A stretch of 59,090 nucleotides of DNA from Candidatus Hydrogenedentota bacterium (GCA_018005585.1 JAGMZX010000018.1:1-59090), one strand, 5' to 3'; shown: positions 18,020-27,991, counted from the stretch's first letter. The notes: generated by a model from the letters alone, not told the origin. Numbers and translations: made by a program.

Positions 18020-19069
18020 ATGACCAAGGTGGGCCTGATCGGACTCGGGCGCATTGCCGGCCTGCATCAACTGGGTTACGCGGACTTTCCGGATGCGCGG
18101 ATCCACGCGGTTTGCGACGTGAATGCGGAACTGGCCGAAACGCGCCGCCGCCAGTGGAATGCCGCCAAGTCTTATACGGATTATCGCGCGTTGCTGAGCG
18201 ACCCGGAGATTGACGCGGTCGAGATCGTCACGCCCCAGACCGTGCACGAACCGATGGTCATCGACGCGGCCGCCGCGGGCAAGCACATTGCGGTGCAGAA
18301 ACCCATGACTACGAGCATGGCTGCGGCCGACCGCATGCTCGATGCCGTGCGCAACGCGGGCGTCCTGTTCAAGGTGACGGACAATTACGTCACGCACCCG
18401 CCCATCGTACTGGCGAAGCGCCTCCTTGGCGAGGGGCTCATCGGCGACCCGATTATGCTGCGCATGAAATTCGTCGGAGGGCAATGGGAAGGCGGCTGGC
18501 AGGTGCCGCCGGACACGTGGGCCTGGCGGCGCGAGGAAGTCGCGCGCGGCCGTGGTATCCAGACCTTTGACCACGGCCACCACATGTGGGCTACCGCGTG
18601 GTTCCTGATGGGTGAGATCGAGCGTGTCGTGGCGTGGATCGATTGGACCAGCGAGTTCATCGACTGTCCCGCGGTGATCATGTGGAAGTACAAAGACGCG
18701 AAACGGTACGGCACGTGCGACTACACGCAGGCTGTCGATCTCCAAATCCCGACGCGGTATTATTCGTGCGACGAATGGTTCGAGGTCACGGGCAGCCGGG
18801 GCATCCTCCTCGTGCGCCGCTGCACGGGCAATATCCTGGATGGCCCGCCGGTCAGCACGTTTACAAACGACGGCTGGAAACATTATGACGTGCCTTCCGA
18901 CTGGGCGGAAGGCTTCCGCGGCGCCACGCGCAACTTCATCCGCGCGGTCCAGGGCCGCGAAACGCCGCTGCTCACGGGCCAACAGGCCCGGGAGGTACTG
19001 CGGTTCGCCTTCGCATTGCGGAAATCCGCGGACGAACGCCGCGAGATTGCCTTGGACGAAATCGCGTAG
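18020..19069 (+). CDS. Gfo/Idh/MocA family oxidoreductase (cytoplasmic)
   Basis: VGLIGLGRIA, DAVEIVTP, KHIAVQKPM, FDHGHH. Confidence 0.9.
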   Translation: MTKVGLIGLGRIAGLHQLGYADFPDARIHAVCDVNAELAETRRRQWNAAKSYTDYRALLSDPEIDAVEIVTPQTVHEPMVIDAAAAGKHIAVQKPMTTSMAAADRMLDAVRNAGVLFKVTDNYVTHPPIVLAKRLLGEGLIGDPIMLRMKFVGGQWEGGWQVPPDTWAWRREEVARGRGIQTFDHGHHMWATAWFLMGEIERVVAWIDWTSEFIDCPAVIMWKYKDAKRYGTCDYTQAVDLQIPTRYYSCDEWFEVTGSRGILLVRRCTGNILDGPPVSTFTNDGWKHYDVPSDWAEGFRGATRNFIRAVQGRETPLLTGQQAREVLRFAFALRKSADERREIALDEIA

Positions 19070-19384
19070 CAGCTATCCCAAAATCCGTGGGACGACGGGA
19101 ATCGTATATTCGATTGGAGGATACCATTCAAAGACGCGGCTTGACTGTGCCCGCGCCCCTGCAAGAGGCAGGAATCGAGTTATGGCACAGTTGCCGGTTC
19201 GGCAACGGGGGCTCTCGCCGGCTGCCGGTATTTGGGCTGTTTTTCGTATCCGGCCAGCCTTGCGCCCGGCGGAATCTTGGGACGCAGATTTTCTGCTTGT
19301 CTTTTAGTGCGGATAAGTACTATAAGTAGCCAATTTTTGAGGCAATCCGGCTCTTGGGTTGGGCTGGTCCGCAGGAGGCGAACG

Positions 19385-21319
19385 TTGAAAACGCGCGAGA
19401 TAGGCGACCGGAAAGGGTCGCAAAGAAATGGTTCTGCCACAGTCAAGACGCTCGGGCCCATATCGGACCTCGAGCGTCATTTGCCAACGGAATGGTGGCG
19501 GACGCTGTTCAATTCGCTGTATCTGAAGACGGACGGCGACGTCGTCGAGAATCCGGAAAACACGCGTCAGGAGGTGGACATGGCGACCCGCCTTCTGGGG
19601 CTGCAACCGAACGATTACATTCTGGACATGTGCTGCGGCCAGGGGCGCCATTCCCTCGAACTGGCGCGGCGCGGGTTCCGTCACGTCACGGGCTGCGACC
19701 GTTCGCGGTACCTGATTCGCCAGGGACGGCGGCGCGCGAAAGCGGAGGGGCTCGGCGTTTCGTTCCACGAGGGCGATGCGCGCAAATCGCGGTTGGGCGG
19801 GCGCCAGTTCCATGCGATCCTGCTCATGGGGAATTCCTTCGGCTATTTTGAACAGGAATCGGACGACGAGATGGTGTTGAAGAACCTGGCGCAATTGCTG
19901 CTGCCGCACGGCTTGGTGTTCATGGACCTGGCCGACGGCGAATGGCTGAGCCAGCATTTCGAGGCGCGCACGTGGGAGTGGATCGACGAACAGCATTTCG
20001 TGTGCCGGGAGCGCGCCCTGTCGAAGGACGGACGCCGCATCGTCACGCGCGAAGTCATCACGCACGCGGAAAAAGGCGTAATCGCGGACCAATTCTACGC
20101 CGAGCGCCTGTACACGCGGGAGCAGCTCAAGGAACTGCTGGAGAAGGTCGGCTACGAGTCCGTGCGGTTCCATGAACCGCTCGAAACGAACTCGACGCGC
20201 GGCCAGGACCTCGGCATGATGGCGCACCGGCTCATCCTGACGGTGAAGGCGCCGCGGCGGGCCGTGCCCGCGGCCGTGGCCAAGGCGTCGCGCACGAAAG
20301 TGACCGTAGTCATGGGCGACCCCGAGATGCCGGACCGTGTCAAGGTGAATGGCCAGTTCAATGCGGAAGACATGGACACGATCAACAAGATGAAGGCGGC
20401 GCTGGCGGAACTGCCAGAGTACGAGTTCGCCTATCTGGACAACCACCAGAATCTGCTGCGCACGCTGGCCGCGAATCCGCCGCACCTGGTGTTCAACCTT
20501 TGCGATGAGGGCTTCCGCAACGACCCGTTCATGGAACTGCATGTGCCCGCGCTGTTGGAAATGCTGGACATCCCGTACACGGGCGCAAGCCCGGCGTGCC
20601 TCGGCCTGTGCTACAACAAGGGCCTCGTCAATGCGATTGCCCAGTCGCTCGATATTCCGACGCCGCTCGAGTCTTATATCGGCCCGGACGATTCGCTGGC
20701 CACGCTCCCCGCGACGCTACCCGCGCTGCTGAAGCCGAATTTCGGCGACAGCAGCATGGGCATCACGAAGGACGCCGTGGTGCACAACGCGGAGGAATTG
20801 CTCGAATATATCCAGTGGATGCGCGCCAGCTACGGCAAGTGCGCCATTCTCATCCAGGAGTTTCTTACCGGTCCGGAGTATACCGTCGGCATCGTGGGCA
20901 ATTCCGGCTTGACGTACACGATCCTGCCGCTGCTCGAGGTCGATTACTCGAAGCTCGACCCCGATTTGCCGCCGATTCTCGGTTACGAGTCCAAATGGCT
21001 TCCAGACTCCCCCTACTGGGACCAGGTGTCTTACCGGGAAGCACGGCTGGACTCCGACGCGCGCCGCCAAGTGCGCGATTACGCGAATGTGCTGTTCGAG
21101 CGTCTCGGTTGCCGCGATTATGCCCGTTTTGATTTCCGCGCCGACGCCAACGGCGTGGTGAAACTGCTCGAAGTCAACCCGAACCCGGGCTGGTGCTGGG
21201 ACGGCAAGATGAACATCATGGCCGGACTGCGCGGACTGCGTTACGCGGACCTGCTCAACATGATTCTCAAGGCCGCGCAGGAACGCCTCGCTGTCCCACT
21301 CCCCGTCAACGTTCTCTGA
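19385..21319 (+). CDS. Fusion of a class I SAM-dependent methyltransferase with a D-Ala-D-Ala ligase-like ATP-grasp domain
   Basis: MTase: ILDMCCGQGRHSLELARRG, GCDRS, GDAR, MGNSFGYF. ATP-grasp: VFNLCDEG, IPYTG, KPNFGDSSMGI, IQEFLTGPEYTV, YESKW, YARFDFR, LEVNPNPG. TTG start inferred from AGGAGG at 19373. Confidence 0.88.
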   Translation: MKTREIGDRKGSQRNGSATVKTLGPISDLERHLPTEWWRTLFNSLYLKTDGDVVENPENTRQEVDMATRLLGLQPNDYILDMCCGQGRHSLELARRGFRHVTGCDRSRYLIRQGRRRAKAEGLGVSFHEGDARKSRLGGRQFHAILLMGNSFGYFEQESDDEMVLKNLAQLLLPHGLVFMDLADGEWLSQHFEARTWEWIDEQHFVCRERALSKDGRRIVTREVITHAEKGVIADQFYAERLYTREQLKELLEKVGYESVRFHEPLETNSTRGQDLGMMAHRLILTVKAPRRAVPAAVAKASRTKVTVVMGDPEMPDRVKVNGQFNAEDMDTINKMKAALAELPEYEFAYLDNHQNLLRTLAANPPHLVFNLCDEGFRNDPFMELHVPALLEMLDIPYTGASPACLGLCYNKGLVNAIAQSLDIPTPLESYIGPDDSLATLPATLPALLKPNFGDSSMGITKDAVVHNAEELLEYIQWMRASYGKCAILIQEFLTGPEYTVGIVGNSGLTYTILPLLEVDYSKLDPDLPPILGYESKWLPDSPYWDQVSYREARLDSDARRQVRDYANVLFERLGCRDYARFDFRADANGVVKLLEVNPNPGWCWDGKMNIMAGLRGLRYADLLNMILKAAQERLAVPLPVNVL

Positions 21320-21350
21320 CACCACCCGGCGCGGGCACCCGGTCTCTGGC

Positions 21351-22838
21351 TCACCGGTAAGGCCGCGCCCAGCGTTCCATTCGGGTGTCTTCGTTGCGGA
21401 TGCGCCAGCGTATGAGGTGCTGCGCGTATTCCGCAACGGCGGCGGCGTATTCGCTGCGTTGCGCGACGTTCACGAATTCGCCGGGATCCGCGCGAAGGTC
21501 AAATAACAGAGGTGGAACCGCCTCCTCGCCGAACGCCACGAACTTGAACCGGTCATCGCGGACCACCCAGAGGCGGCACGTGTCCGGGTTTGCGGGCCGT
21601 TCTTGATCGCGAAGCGACGTATAGTAGTAATACTCGAAGAAAATGCGCGGCTTGGCCTGCGCTCCGGGACGGTCGTGGACGCGCGGCAGCAGGCTCGCGC
21701 CCTGGAACCGCGCGTGCGGCGGCGCGCCCAGCCATTCGCAGATGGTGGGCCCGATGTCGATTGCCTCGCAAAAGCCGCCGACCCGCGTGCCGCGCGTGGC
21801 GTCCGCCCGCGGCGACGGGTCGCGGATGATCAACGGCACGCGCAGGGCCGCGTCGAAGTAATGGGATTTGCCGGTCAGGTAATGGTCGCCCAGATGTTCG
21901 CCGTGGTCCGAACTGAAGATGATCAGCGTGTTTTCCCATTGACCTGAGTCGCGCAATGCCTGAAACAAGCGGCCAAGACACGAGTCGATCTCCGAGACCA
22001 TGCCATAGTAGCAGGCCTTGAATTCGCGCATCTCCCGCTCATCCATCAACTGGTCATTGGCGTTGTCCCTCATCCGGCGCAGATACGGGTGCAGGCCGTC
22101 CCGCTCCTCGGGCCGCCGCGTCGCGGGCGGCAACGCCGCCAGGTCGTACATCCGGTGATACGGCGCGGGACAAAGGCCGGGCCCGTGCGGCTTGAGGTAA
22201 TTCAGGCTCAGGAACCAGCCGGTATCCGGTCGCGCGCCGATATATTCAACGGCCTGTGTGGTGACGAACTGGGATTCGCTGTCTTCGGCCCGGTAGCGCG
22301 CGGGATACCAGCACGGCAGGTGCTCGCCGGGGCCACCGGGCGGCACATCGGGCGCGTACATGACCTCGCGGCAGCAGGACGCGGCGGGGTAGTTTTTCGC
22401 GCGCAGCCACGCGTACCATTCCGGACAATCGTATTCATGATCGAGCAGGAATTCGAAACCCGGCAAGGCATTGTGATAGTTCAATGATGTGGTGTACGGG
22501 TGGCCCCCGGGCAAGGTGCGCGGGTCGATGGCGTAATCATTGTAGCCCATGATCGCGGGCCGGAATCCATGACAACGCAGGTGCATCGCGACGTTGTCGT
22601 TCGCGTCCGCAAGCGGCGTCATGTTGTCCAGGCAACCTGTCGCGCACATGTAGCGCCCGGTATAGATGCACATGCGGCTCGGCGCGCACGGCGACGCCTG
22701 AACGAAACAATGCGTGAACAGCGCCCCTTCCGCCGCCAGCGCGTCCAGGTGCGGCGTTTCAATGACCGGGTTGCCCGCCGCGCGCAGGCAGTCCGCCCGG
22801 AATTCATCGGCCATGATCCACAGGATATTCTTGGGCAT
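21351..22838 (-). CDS. Formylglycine-dependent sulfatase-family hydrolase resembling phosphonate monoester hydrolases
   Basis: NILWIMADEFR, CAPSR (CxPxR), MGYNDYAIDPR, KPHGP, SSDHGEHLGDH, LFDL..DPGE..N. No signal peptide. Confidence 0.85.
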   Translation of the reverse strand: MPKNILWIMADEFRADCLRAAGNPVIETPHLDALAAEGALFTHCFVQASPCAPSRMCIYTGRYMCATGCLDNMTPLADANDNVAMHLRCHGFRPAIMGYNDYAIDPRTLPGGHPYTTSLNYHNALPGFEFLLDHEYDCPEWYAWLRAKNYPAASCCREVMYAPDVPPGGPGEHLPCWYPARYRAEDSESQFVTTQAVEYIGARPDTGWFLSLNYLKPHGPGLCPAPYHRMYDLAALPPATRRPEERDGLHPYLRRMRDNANDQLMDEREMREFKACYYGMVSEIDSCLGRLFQALRDSGQWENTLIIFSSDHGEHLGDHYLTGKSHYFDAALRVPLIIRDPSPRADATRGTRVGGFCEAIDIGPTICEWLGAPPHARFQGASLLPRVHDRPGAQAKPRIFFEYYYYTSLRDQERPANPDTCRLWVVRDDRFKFVAFGEEAVPPLLFDLRADPGEFVNVAQRSEYAAAVAEYAQHLIRWRIRNEDTRMERWARPYR

Positions 22839-22858
22839 TGTGCTCTCGCGCCTCGCCG

Positions 22859-23926
22859 CTATTTGCTTTGCAGCAGCGCCAGCATGGCGCGGTCGAGCTT
22901 GTGGCCGCGCCAGTCTTCGCATATCGCGTCTTCACGCTGCGAATCGAGGATGCCGAAGGGGCCGCGGAAATTCCACAATGCCCAGCCCATGCCCGCTTCC
23001 TGCCAGAGTTCGAGACAATCGCGCAGCCACGCCAGCACGACGCCGTGCGGCGTATGCCGGAACGCGCCGCATTCGCCCACATGCACACCCACGCCGCTTG
23101 CCGCCAGTTCCCGCCATTTCTGGAAGCGTTTTTCGCGCAGGCGTTCCTTGTCCCAGACCACGTGTTCGCTTTCCCGCAGCGGCCATGTGGGCAGAGGCCA
23201 GCGCTCCGATTCCTGGACCCACGACGCCCGGTAGTGCGTCAGCGGCATGGGGTCGTAACCGCGCGTGCTCTGCGCGACGCCCAGCGGGACCAGCCCGTCG
23301 ACCGGTTCGCGCCCCCAGAACATCCCGTCGCAGATGATCAAGCGTTCCGGGTCGTGCTCGCGGATAGCCTCGATGGCGCGCTTCATCACGTTCACGTAGA
23401 CGGACTCGGTAATCTTGCCGGGCTCATTGACAAGGTTGAAACTGAGCGCGGCGCCGGGAATGCCCTGATGCCGCTTGGCGAAGTGGCCCCAGTGGAACGC
23501 AAACGCGCGCTGAGCCTCCTCGTTGTCCCAGAGCGAGACCGGTTCGGGATCGCCGCCGACGCAGTAGCCCGGCGCACGGTGAAAATTCAGGCACACGTGG
23601 ATGCCGTGTTTCTGCCCATAAGCGACGGCGGCGTCAATCTCTTTCAATTCCGCTTCATTCAGCGTGTACCAATCGCCGGGTTTCGCCCAGCAATGGTAGG
23701 ACATCGGCAAGCGCACAAAGTCAAAGCCCAGTTCGGCAATCCACGCGAAATCCTCCTCAACAAACGGCTTGTTGCCGGGCACCCAGAACTTCTCGAGCAG
23801 GTTGAAGCCGCGCCAGCGCGGCAGCCGCTTGTGAAGCGGCGTTTCCGGCTGCGCGGATACGGCGGACGCCCACGCAGCGCCCGCCATAACGGTCGCCGAT
23901 GTCTTCAGGAACTCGCGACGCTGCAT
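22859..23926 (-). CDS. Tat-exported glycoside hydrolase family 5
   Basis: MQRREFLK Tat motif, RWRGFNL, DFVRLP, LNFHRAPG, NLVNEP (acid/base), HVGECG (nucleophile). Confidence 0.9.
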   Translation of the reverse strand: MQRREFLKTSATVMAGAAWASAVSAQPETPLHKRLPRWRGFNLLEKFWVPGNKPFVEEDFAWIAELGFDFVRLPMSYHCWAKPGDWYTLNEAELKEIDAAVAYGQKHGIHVCLNFHRAPGYCVGGDPEPVSLWDNEEAQRAFAFHWGHFAKRHQGIPGAALSFNLVNEPGKITESVYVNVMKRAIEAIREHDPERLIICDGMFWGREPVDGLVPLGVAQSTRGYDPMPLTHYRASWVQESERWPLPTWPLRESEHVVWDKERLREKRFQKWRELAASGVGVHVGECGAFRHTPHGVVLAWLRDCLELWQEAGMGWALWNFRGPFGILDSQREDAICEDWRGHKLDRAMLALLQSK

Positions 23927-24090
23927 GTGTCATTCTCCTCGAATACCGTGCAAAGAACGACGGAATCCGCTGCGTGTTCAGTCCAGACTTTAACACGCCC
24001 GGGGCTTCCTGGGATACTTGACGTTTCAGGATTCGGGAGGAACGGTCTACGCGGGAAGGCAGCAACTTTTGGAGCAGGCGCGGCGTTGCC

Positions 24091-25938
24091 GTGGGCGCGT
24101 GCGCGTGGGTGCTGTTCGCCTTCGTGGCGGTGACGGTGCGCGGTATCCGTTGGGAGGAGAATTACGAGTTCGCGCAGGTATTGCTGGGCGCGGTCTCGTA
24201 CCCGCCGGGGCACCCCTTGTACCAGCACGTTCATAATACGCCGAGCCTGCAAACATACCTGGCGGCGGCGCTGCTCTGGATCGATCCGGACCCGCGCCTG
24301 ACGTGCGGCGTGCGTAACGTGTTGTATGTCCTCGCCAAGACCCTGCCCGCCTTTCTCCTGGGCGCCGGGCTTACGGGGCGCGCCCGTTGGGGTCACGCGG
24401 CGGCCGTGCTGGCCCTGCTGGCGGGCAACGAATTCGCGACGACCTATCCGTCGCGGCCGTGGCCCATGTTCGCGGGCAACGGCGCCGTAGGAACGGGGGC
24501 CGCGCTGCTCGGTATCGCGTGCCTCTGCAACGGGTGGAACGCGGCCGCGTATGCCATCGCGGGGCTCATGCCCGCCCTGCACCTGGGCCAATGCGCGCCG
24601 CTTCTCGCCGTTACCGGCCTCCATGCCGCGCACACGGCGTGGCGTGGGCGGCGGGGCGATATGCGGCGCCCATGCGCCGGATTGCTCGCGGGGCTCTCGG
24701 TCACCTTGATTGCCTTTCTCGTCTTCTGGTATCTGCGCGTTCCCTGGCCGGAGTCCGGGCCTTATTATGACCCGATTGCGCCGGAAACGGTCTGGAAGGC
24801 GTTCCTGACGCACTATTCCGCGCACCGCGACCTCGTCTGGGACCGGCAGCAGGCCGTGTTGGGCTGGGCTGCGCTCTCCGGCGCGCTACTATTCTTCACC
24901 GGCATGCGTAAACGCTGCTCGCGGCCCGGCAGGACCTGGTTCGGCGTCTATATGATGATTACCGCGCTGCTGGTGTGGGGGGTCATGGGCGCACACGCGC
25001 TCCTGGGCGCGGAAACACCCGCCTGGCTCATCGCGTGGATGCCCTACCGTCTCGTGAACCACCTCATACCTTTGCTGACTGTGTTCGCCGTGTTGACGGC
25101 ATCGCGGACAGGCCCTGGAATCATGTGTCTGGCCGCGGCGCTGGCGTGCGCCGCCTTGCCGCACGGCGGCGAACGCGCTTTCTTGCTGTCAGCCGCTTCC
25201 GCGGCGGCGATTGTGCCGTATGCCACGTCCGCGCGGCCGCGTCTCGCCAAGGCTTGGTTTGGCGCGACAGGCGCGTTCTGGCTTTTCTCGGTCGCGGAGT
25301 TCAGGCTGGACGGCGCATTCTTCGCCGTGCCGCTGCTGGCGTGCGTAATGGTTCATCATTTCGCGGGGCGCCAGTGCCCCAATGTCCGCAGCGAGCAACA
25401 CGAGGGATTGCGATGGGCCCTTCTTTCTGTTGTGGGCCTGGCATGCCTCGCCGCATTGGGAGCCAATCTGTATGCCGAGTGGCGCTCGCGTGAGGATGTT
25501 GCGGAGCGGCTCACGCCGACGGACTTCGAACTGCGCACCCGCGCGTATCTTGCCGGGCACGCGGCGCCGGACAGCATGATCGCCGCGCCCGTGTACCAGT
25601 GGCGGCTGCAAGCGCGGCTTGGCTACCCCGTGATCGCGGATGCGGCCACGCACACCTGGCTGCCTTATCACAAGCGGCTCGGCCCGACGCTGTATAAGCT
25701 GTATCGCGACCTGTATGGCATCGACCTGCGCGCGTCGGGCGGAAAGACCACGCCGTTCGAGGTCTGGCGCGAGCATTGGGGGCGCCTCTCGGCGTCCCAG
25801 TGGCAGGCCCTTGGCAGAGAATATGGTTTCCGTTTCGTGTTCGCGCCGGGTTTTGTGCCGCTCGCATTGCCCGTAGCCGTCGAGGATGAATGGTACCGCT
25901 TGCACTATATTCCGGAATGGCGCCAGGAACCCCTGTGA
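24091..25938 (+). CDS. Polytopic membrane protein with a soluble C-terminal domain; possible GT-C-fold glycosyltransferase (start uncertain)
   Basis: Many hydrophobic segments and a 615-aa open frame. The frame is open back to 24022, and an in-frame ACG at 24049 lies 8 nt after GGGAGG. Family not securely identified. Confidence 0.6.
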   Translation: MGACAWVLFAFVAVTVRGIRWEENYEFAQVLLGAVSYPPGHPLYQHVHNTPSLQTYLAAALLWIDPDPRLTCGVRNVLYVLAKTLPAFLLGAGLTGRARWGHAAAVLALLAGNEFATTYPSRPWPMFAGNGAVGTGAALLGIACLCNGWNAAAYAIAGLMPALHLGQCAPLLAVTGLHAAHTAWRGRRGDMRRPCAGLLAGLSVTLIAFLVFWYLRVPWPESGPYYDPIAPETVWKAFLTHYSAHRDLVWDRQQAVLGWAALSGALLFFTGMRKRCSRPGRTWFGVYMMITALLVWGVMGAHALLGAETPAWLIAWMPYRLVNHLIPLLTVFAVLTASRTGPGIMCLAAALACAALPHGGERAFLLSAASAAAIVPYATSARPRLAKAWFGATGAFWLFSVAEFRLDGAFFAVPLLACVMVHHFAGRQCPNVRSEQHEGLRWALLSVVGLACLAALGANLYAEWRSREDVAERLTPTDFELRTRAYLAGHAAPDSMIAAPVYQWRLQARLGYPVIADAATHTWLPYHKRLGPTLYKLYRDLYGIDLRASGGKTTPFEVWREHWGRLSASQWQALGREYGFRFVFAPGFVPLALPVAVEDEWYRLHYIPEWRQEPL

Positions 25939-26004
25939 TGGGCGAAACCGCGCATTCAACATGAGGATACCGTTGGGAGGGCCATGTCGACTGTGCCTGC
26001 GTTT

Positions 26005-26029
26005 CGCAGGGGCGGGGCATGCCCCTGCG
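26005..26029. repeat. Intergenic hairpin, REP-like (CGCAGGGGC-N7-GCCCCTGCG)
   Basis: Perfect 9-bp stem between two co-oriented membrane-protein genes; no U-tract. Confidence 0.45.
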
Positions 26030-26139
26030 GGGTACAGGAATCAAGTCTCGGGATGAATGCCAGAGGCTGCGCGTCTGAATGGAAGTGCCGCCGGCCTCCT
26101 CAATCGTTATACTTGCGCTTCTGACGGAAAGGAACACGC

Positions 26140-27948
26140 GTGGCGAGGACACCCGCTCCCAGCCGTTTCCCGGACCTGCGCCGGCACCTGGCGATCCTGG
26201 CCATCCTCATGGTGCTGGGATTGGCCGCATACGTCCGCGTGACGGGATTTGAATTCCTGCAATTCGACGACAACGAGATCGTTTGCGGGAATGAACACGT
26301 GACCGCGGGCCTGACGTGGCCGGGCATTGTGTGGGCGTGGATGCATCCCCATTTCGGCATCTGGATGCCGCTCACGTCGATGAGCCACATGCTGGATGCG
26401 CAGCTCTTCGGCGATTGGGCGGGCGGACACCACCTGACGAACCTGCTGTTGCATTTGGCGAATGTCGCGGTGCTGTATTTCGCGCTGTCCGCGCTGACGG
26501 GCAGCCCGTGGCGCAGCATGTGGGTCGCGGCGCTGTTCGCGGTGCACCCGTTTGGCGCGGGAGTGGCGGGCTGGGTGTCGAGCCGGAAAGAACTGACCTG
26601 GGCTCTGTGCTTCTTTCTCGCTTTGTGGGCCTACGCGCGGTATGCGCGGAAACCGGCGCCCGGACACTATGTGCTCGTATTGGTCTCGATGGCGCTCGGC
26701 GTGCTCTGCAAACCGATGATCATGACGCTGCCCTGCGTGTTGCTCCTGCTCGACTGGTGGCCGCTCGGACGCTGGCGGGGAGACACGATTGAACAGCTAT
26801 GGGCACGGGCCCTTGCGTTGATCCTGGAAAAAGCGCCCATGTTCTTGCTGAGCGTGGCGGCGGCGGCGGCAGCGGTCTGGGGGCAACGAGATGTGCATGC
26901 GGTCACGTTGTACGGCGATGTCTCTCTGGGCGTGAACGCGGCGAACGCGGCGGTCAGTTACGCGCGGTACCTCTTTCACGCGGTCTGGCCCGTCTGGCTC
27001 TCGGGCCACTATCCGCACTTGGGCGAAGCGCTCACACCGCTGCTGGCCGCGGGCGCGGCGCTGTTGCTGCTCGCGATAACGGCGGCGGTATTGGCGTTGT
27101 TCCGCCGCGCGCCCTGCCTGCTTGTGGGCTGGTTCTGGTTTCTCGGGACGCTTCTCCCGGTAATCGGCCTGGTCCAGTATGCCAACGCCTCAATGGCGGA
27201 CCGCTATGCCTATGTGCCGGTTATCGGGTTGTTTATCATGGCGGGTTGGGGCGTGCCGCACCTCCAGTTCAGACAACCGCCGGAGGCCGCGCTCCCCGGC
27301 AGGCATGGCGCACGCAGGAAAGACCGAAAGACGCGGCCCGCCCAGGACTCGCGCGGCATGCTGACAGGGGGCTTGGCTGTTGTGTCGATTCTGGCTCTTG
27401 CGCCCTTGGGCTGGTGGCAAGCGGGTTACTGGCACGACACGGAGCGCCTGTTCGCGCGCGCGCTGGAAGTCACGAAAGACAACGCGCTCGCCCACACGAA
27501 TCTGGGCATGGTGCGCCTCACGCAGCAGCGCTGCGAGGACGCCGTCGCGCATTATCGTGAAGCGGCGCGCATCGAGCCGCGCAATTTCCTCTGGCAATAC
27601 AATCTCGGCAGCGCACTTCTCGTCTGCGACCGCCCCGCGCAGGCGGTGCTCGCACTGCAGCAGGCCGTCAGGGGCAACCCGGAACATGCCCCGTCGCTCT
27701 CAAACCTGGGGACGGCCCTGCTCGACCTGGGGCGCCCGCGGGAGGCGCTCCGCTATCTCAAAAACGCTGTCCGCCTGGACCCTGCGCACGTGAACGCCCG
27801 AATCAACTACGCCCGCGCTTTGCGCAGGACGGGTAACCCGGCAGCGGCCGCGGCGGAACTGGAAGAAGCACTGCGGCTGGACCCGGCCAACACGGCTGCC
27901 CGTCAGGAACTGAATGTCTTGCGTGGCGCGGGCCAGCGACAAGAGTGA
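26140..27948 (+). CDS. TMTC-like GT-C membrane protein with C-terminal TPR repeats (putative protein O-glycosyltransferase)
   Basis: QFDDNEIV (DD loop), W.PLT..SH.LD, HLTNLLLH, LFAVHP, ADRYAYVP, W.DTERLF, followed by TPRs. Confidence 0.82.
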   Translation: MARTPAPSRFPDLRRHLAILAILMVLGLAAYVRVTGFEFLQFDDNEIVCGNEHVTAGLTWPGIVWAWMHPHFGIWMPLTSMSHMLDAQLFGDWAGGHHLTNLLLHLANVAVLYFALSALTGSPWRSMWVAALFAVHPFGAGVAGWVSSRKELTWALCFFLALWAYARYARKPAPGHYVLVLVSMALGVLCKPMIMTLPCVLLLLDWWPLGRWRGDTIEQLWARALALILEKAPMFLLSVAAAAAAVWGQRDVHAVTLYGDVSLGVNAANAAVSYARYLFHAVWPVWLSGHYPHLGEALTPLLAAGAALLLLAITAAVLALFRRAPCLLVGWFWFLGTLLPVIGLVQYANASMADRYAYVPVIGLFIMAGWGVPHLQFRQPPEAALPGRHGARRKDRKTRPAQDSRGMLTGGLAVVSILALAPLGWWQAGYWHDTERLFARALEVTKDNALAHTNLGMVRLTQQRCEDAVAHYREAARIEPRNFLWQYNLGSALLVCDRPAQAVLALQQAVRGNPEHAPSLSNLGTALLDLGRPREALRYLKNAVRLDPAHVNARINYARALRRTGNPAAAAAELEEALRLDPANTAARQELNVLRGAGQRQE

Positions 27949-27991
27949 TTCCCCGTTACGCTGTCTGCAAACACGCCAGAGCCCGGCGAAA

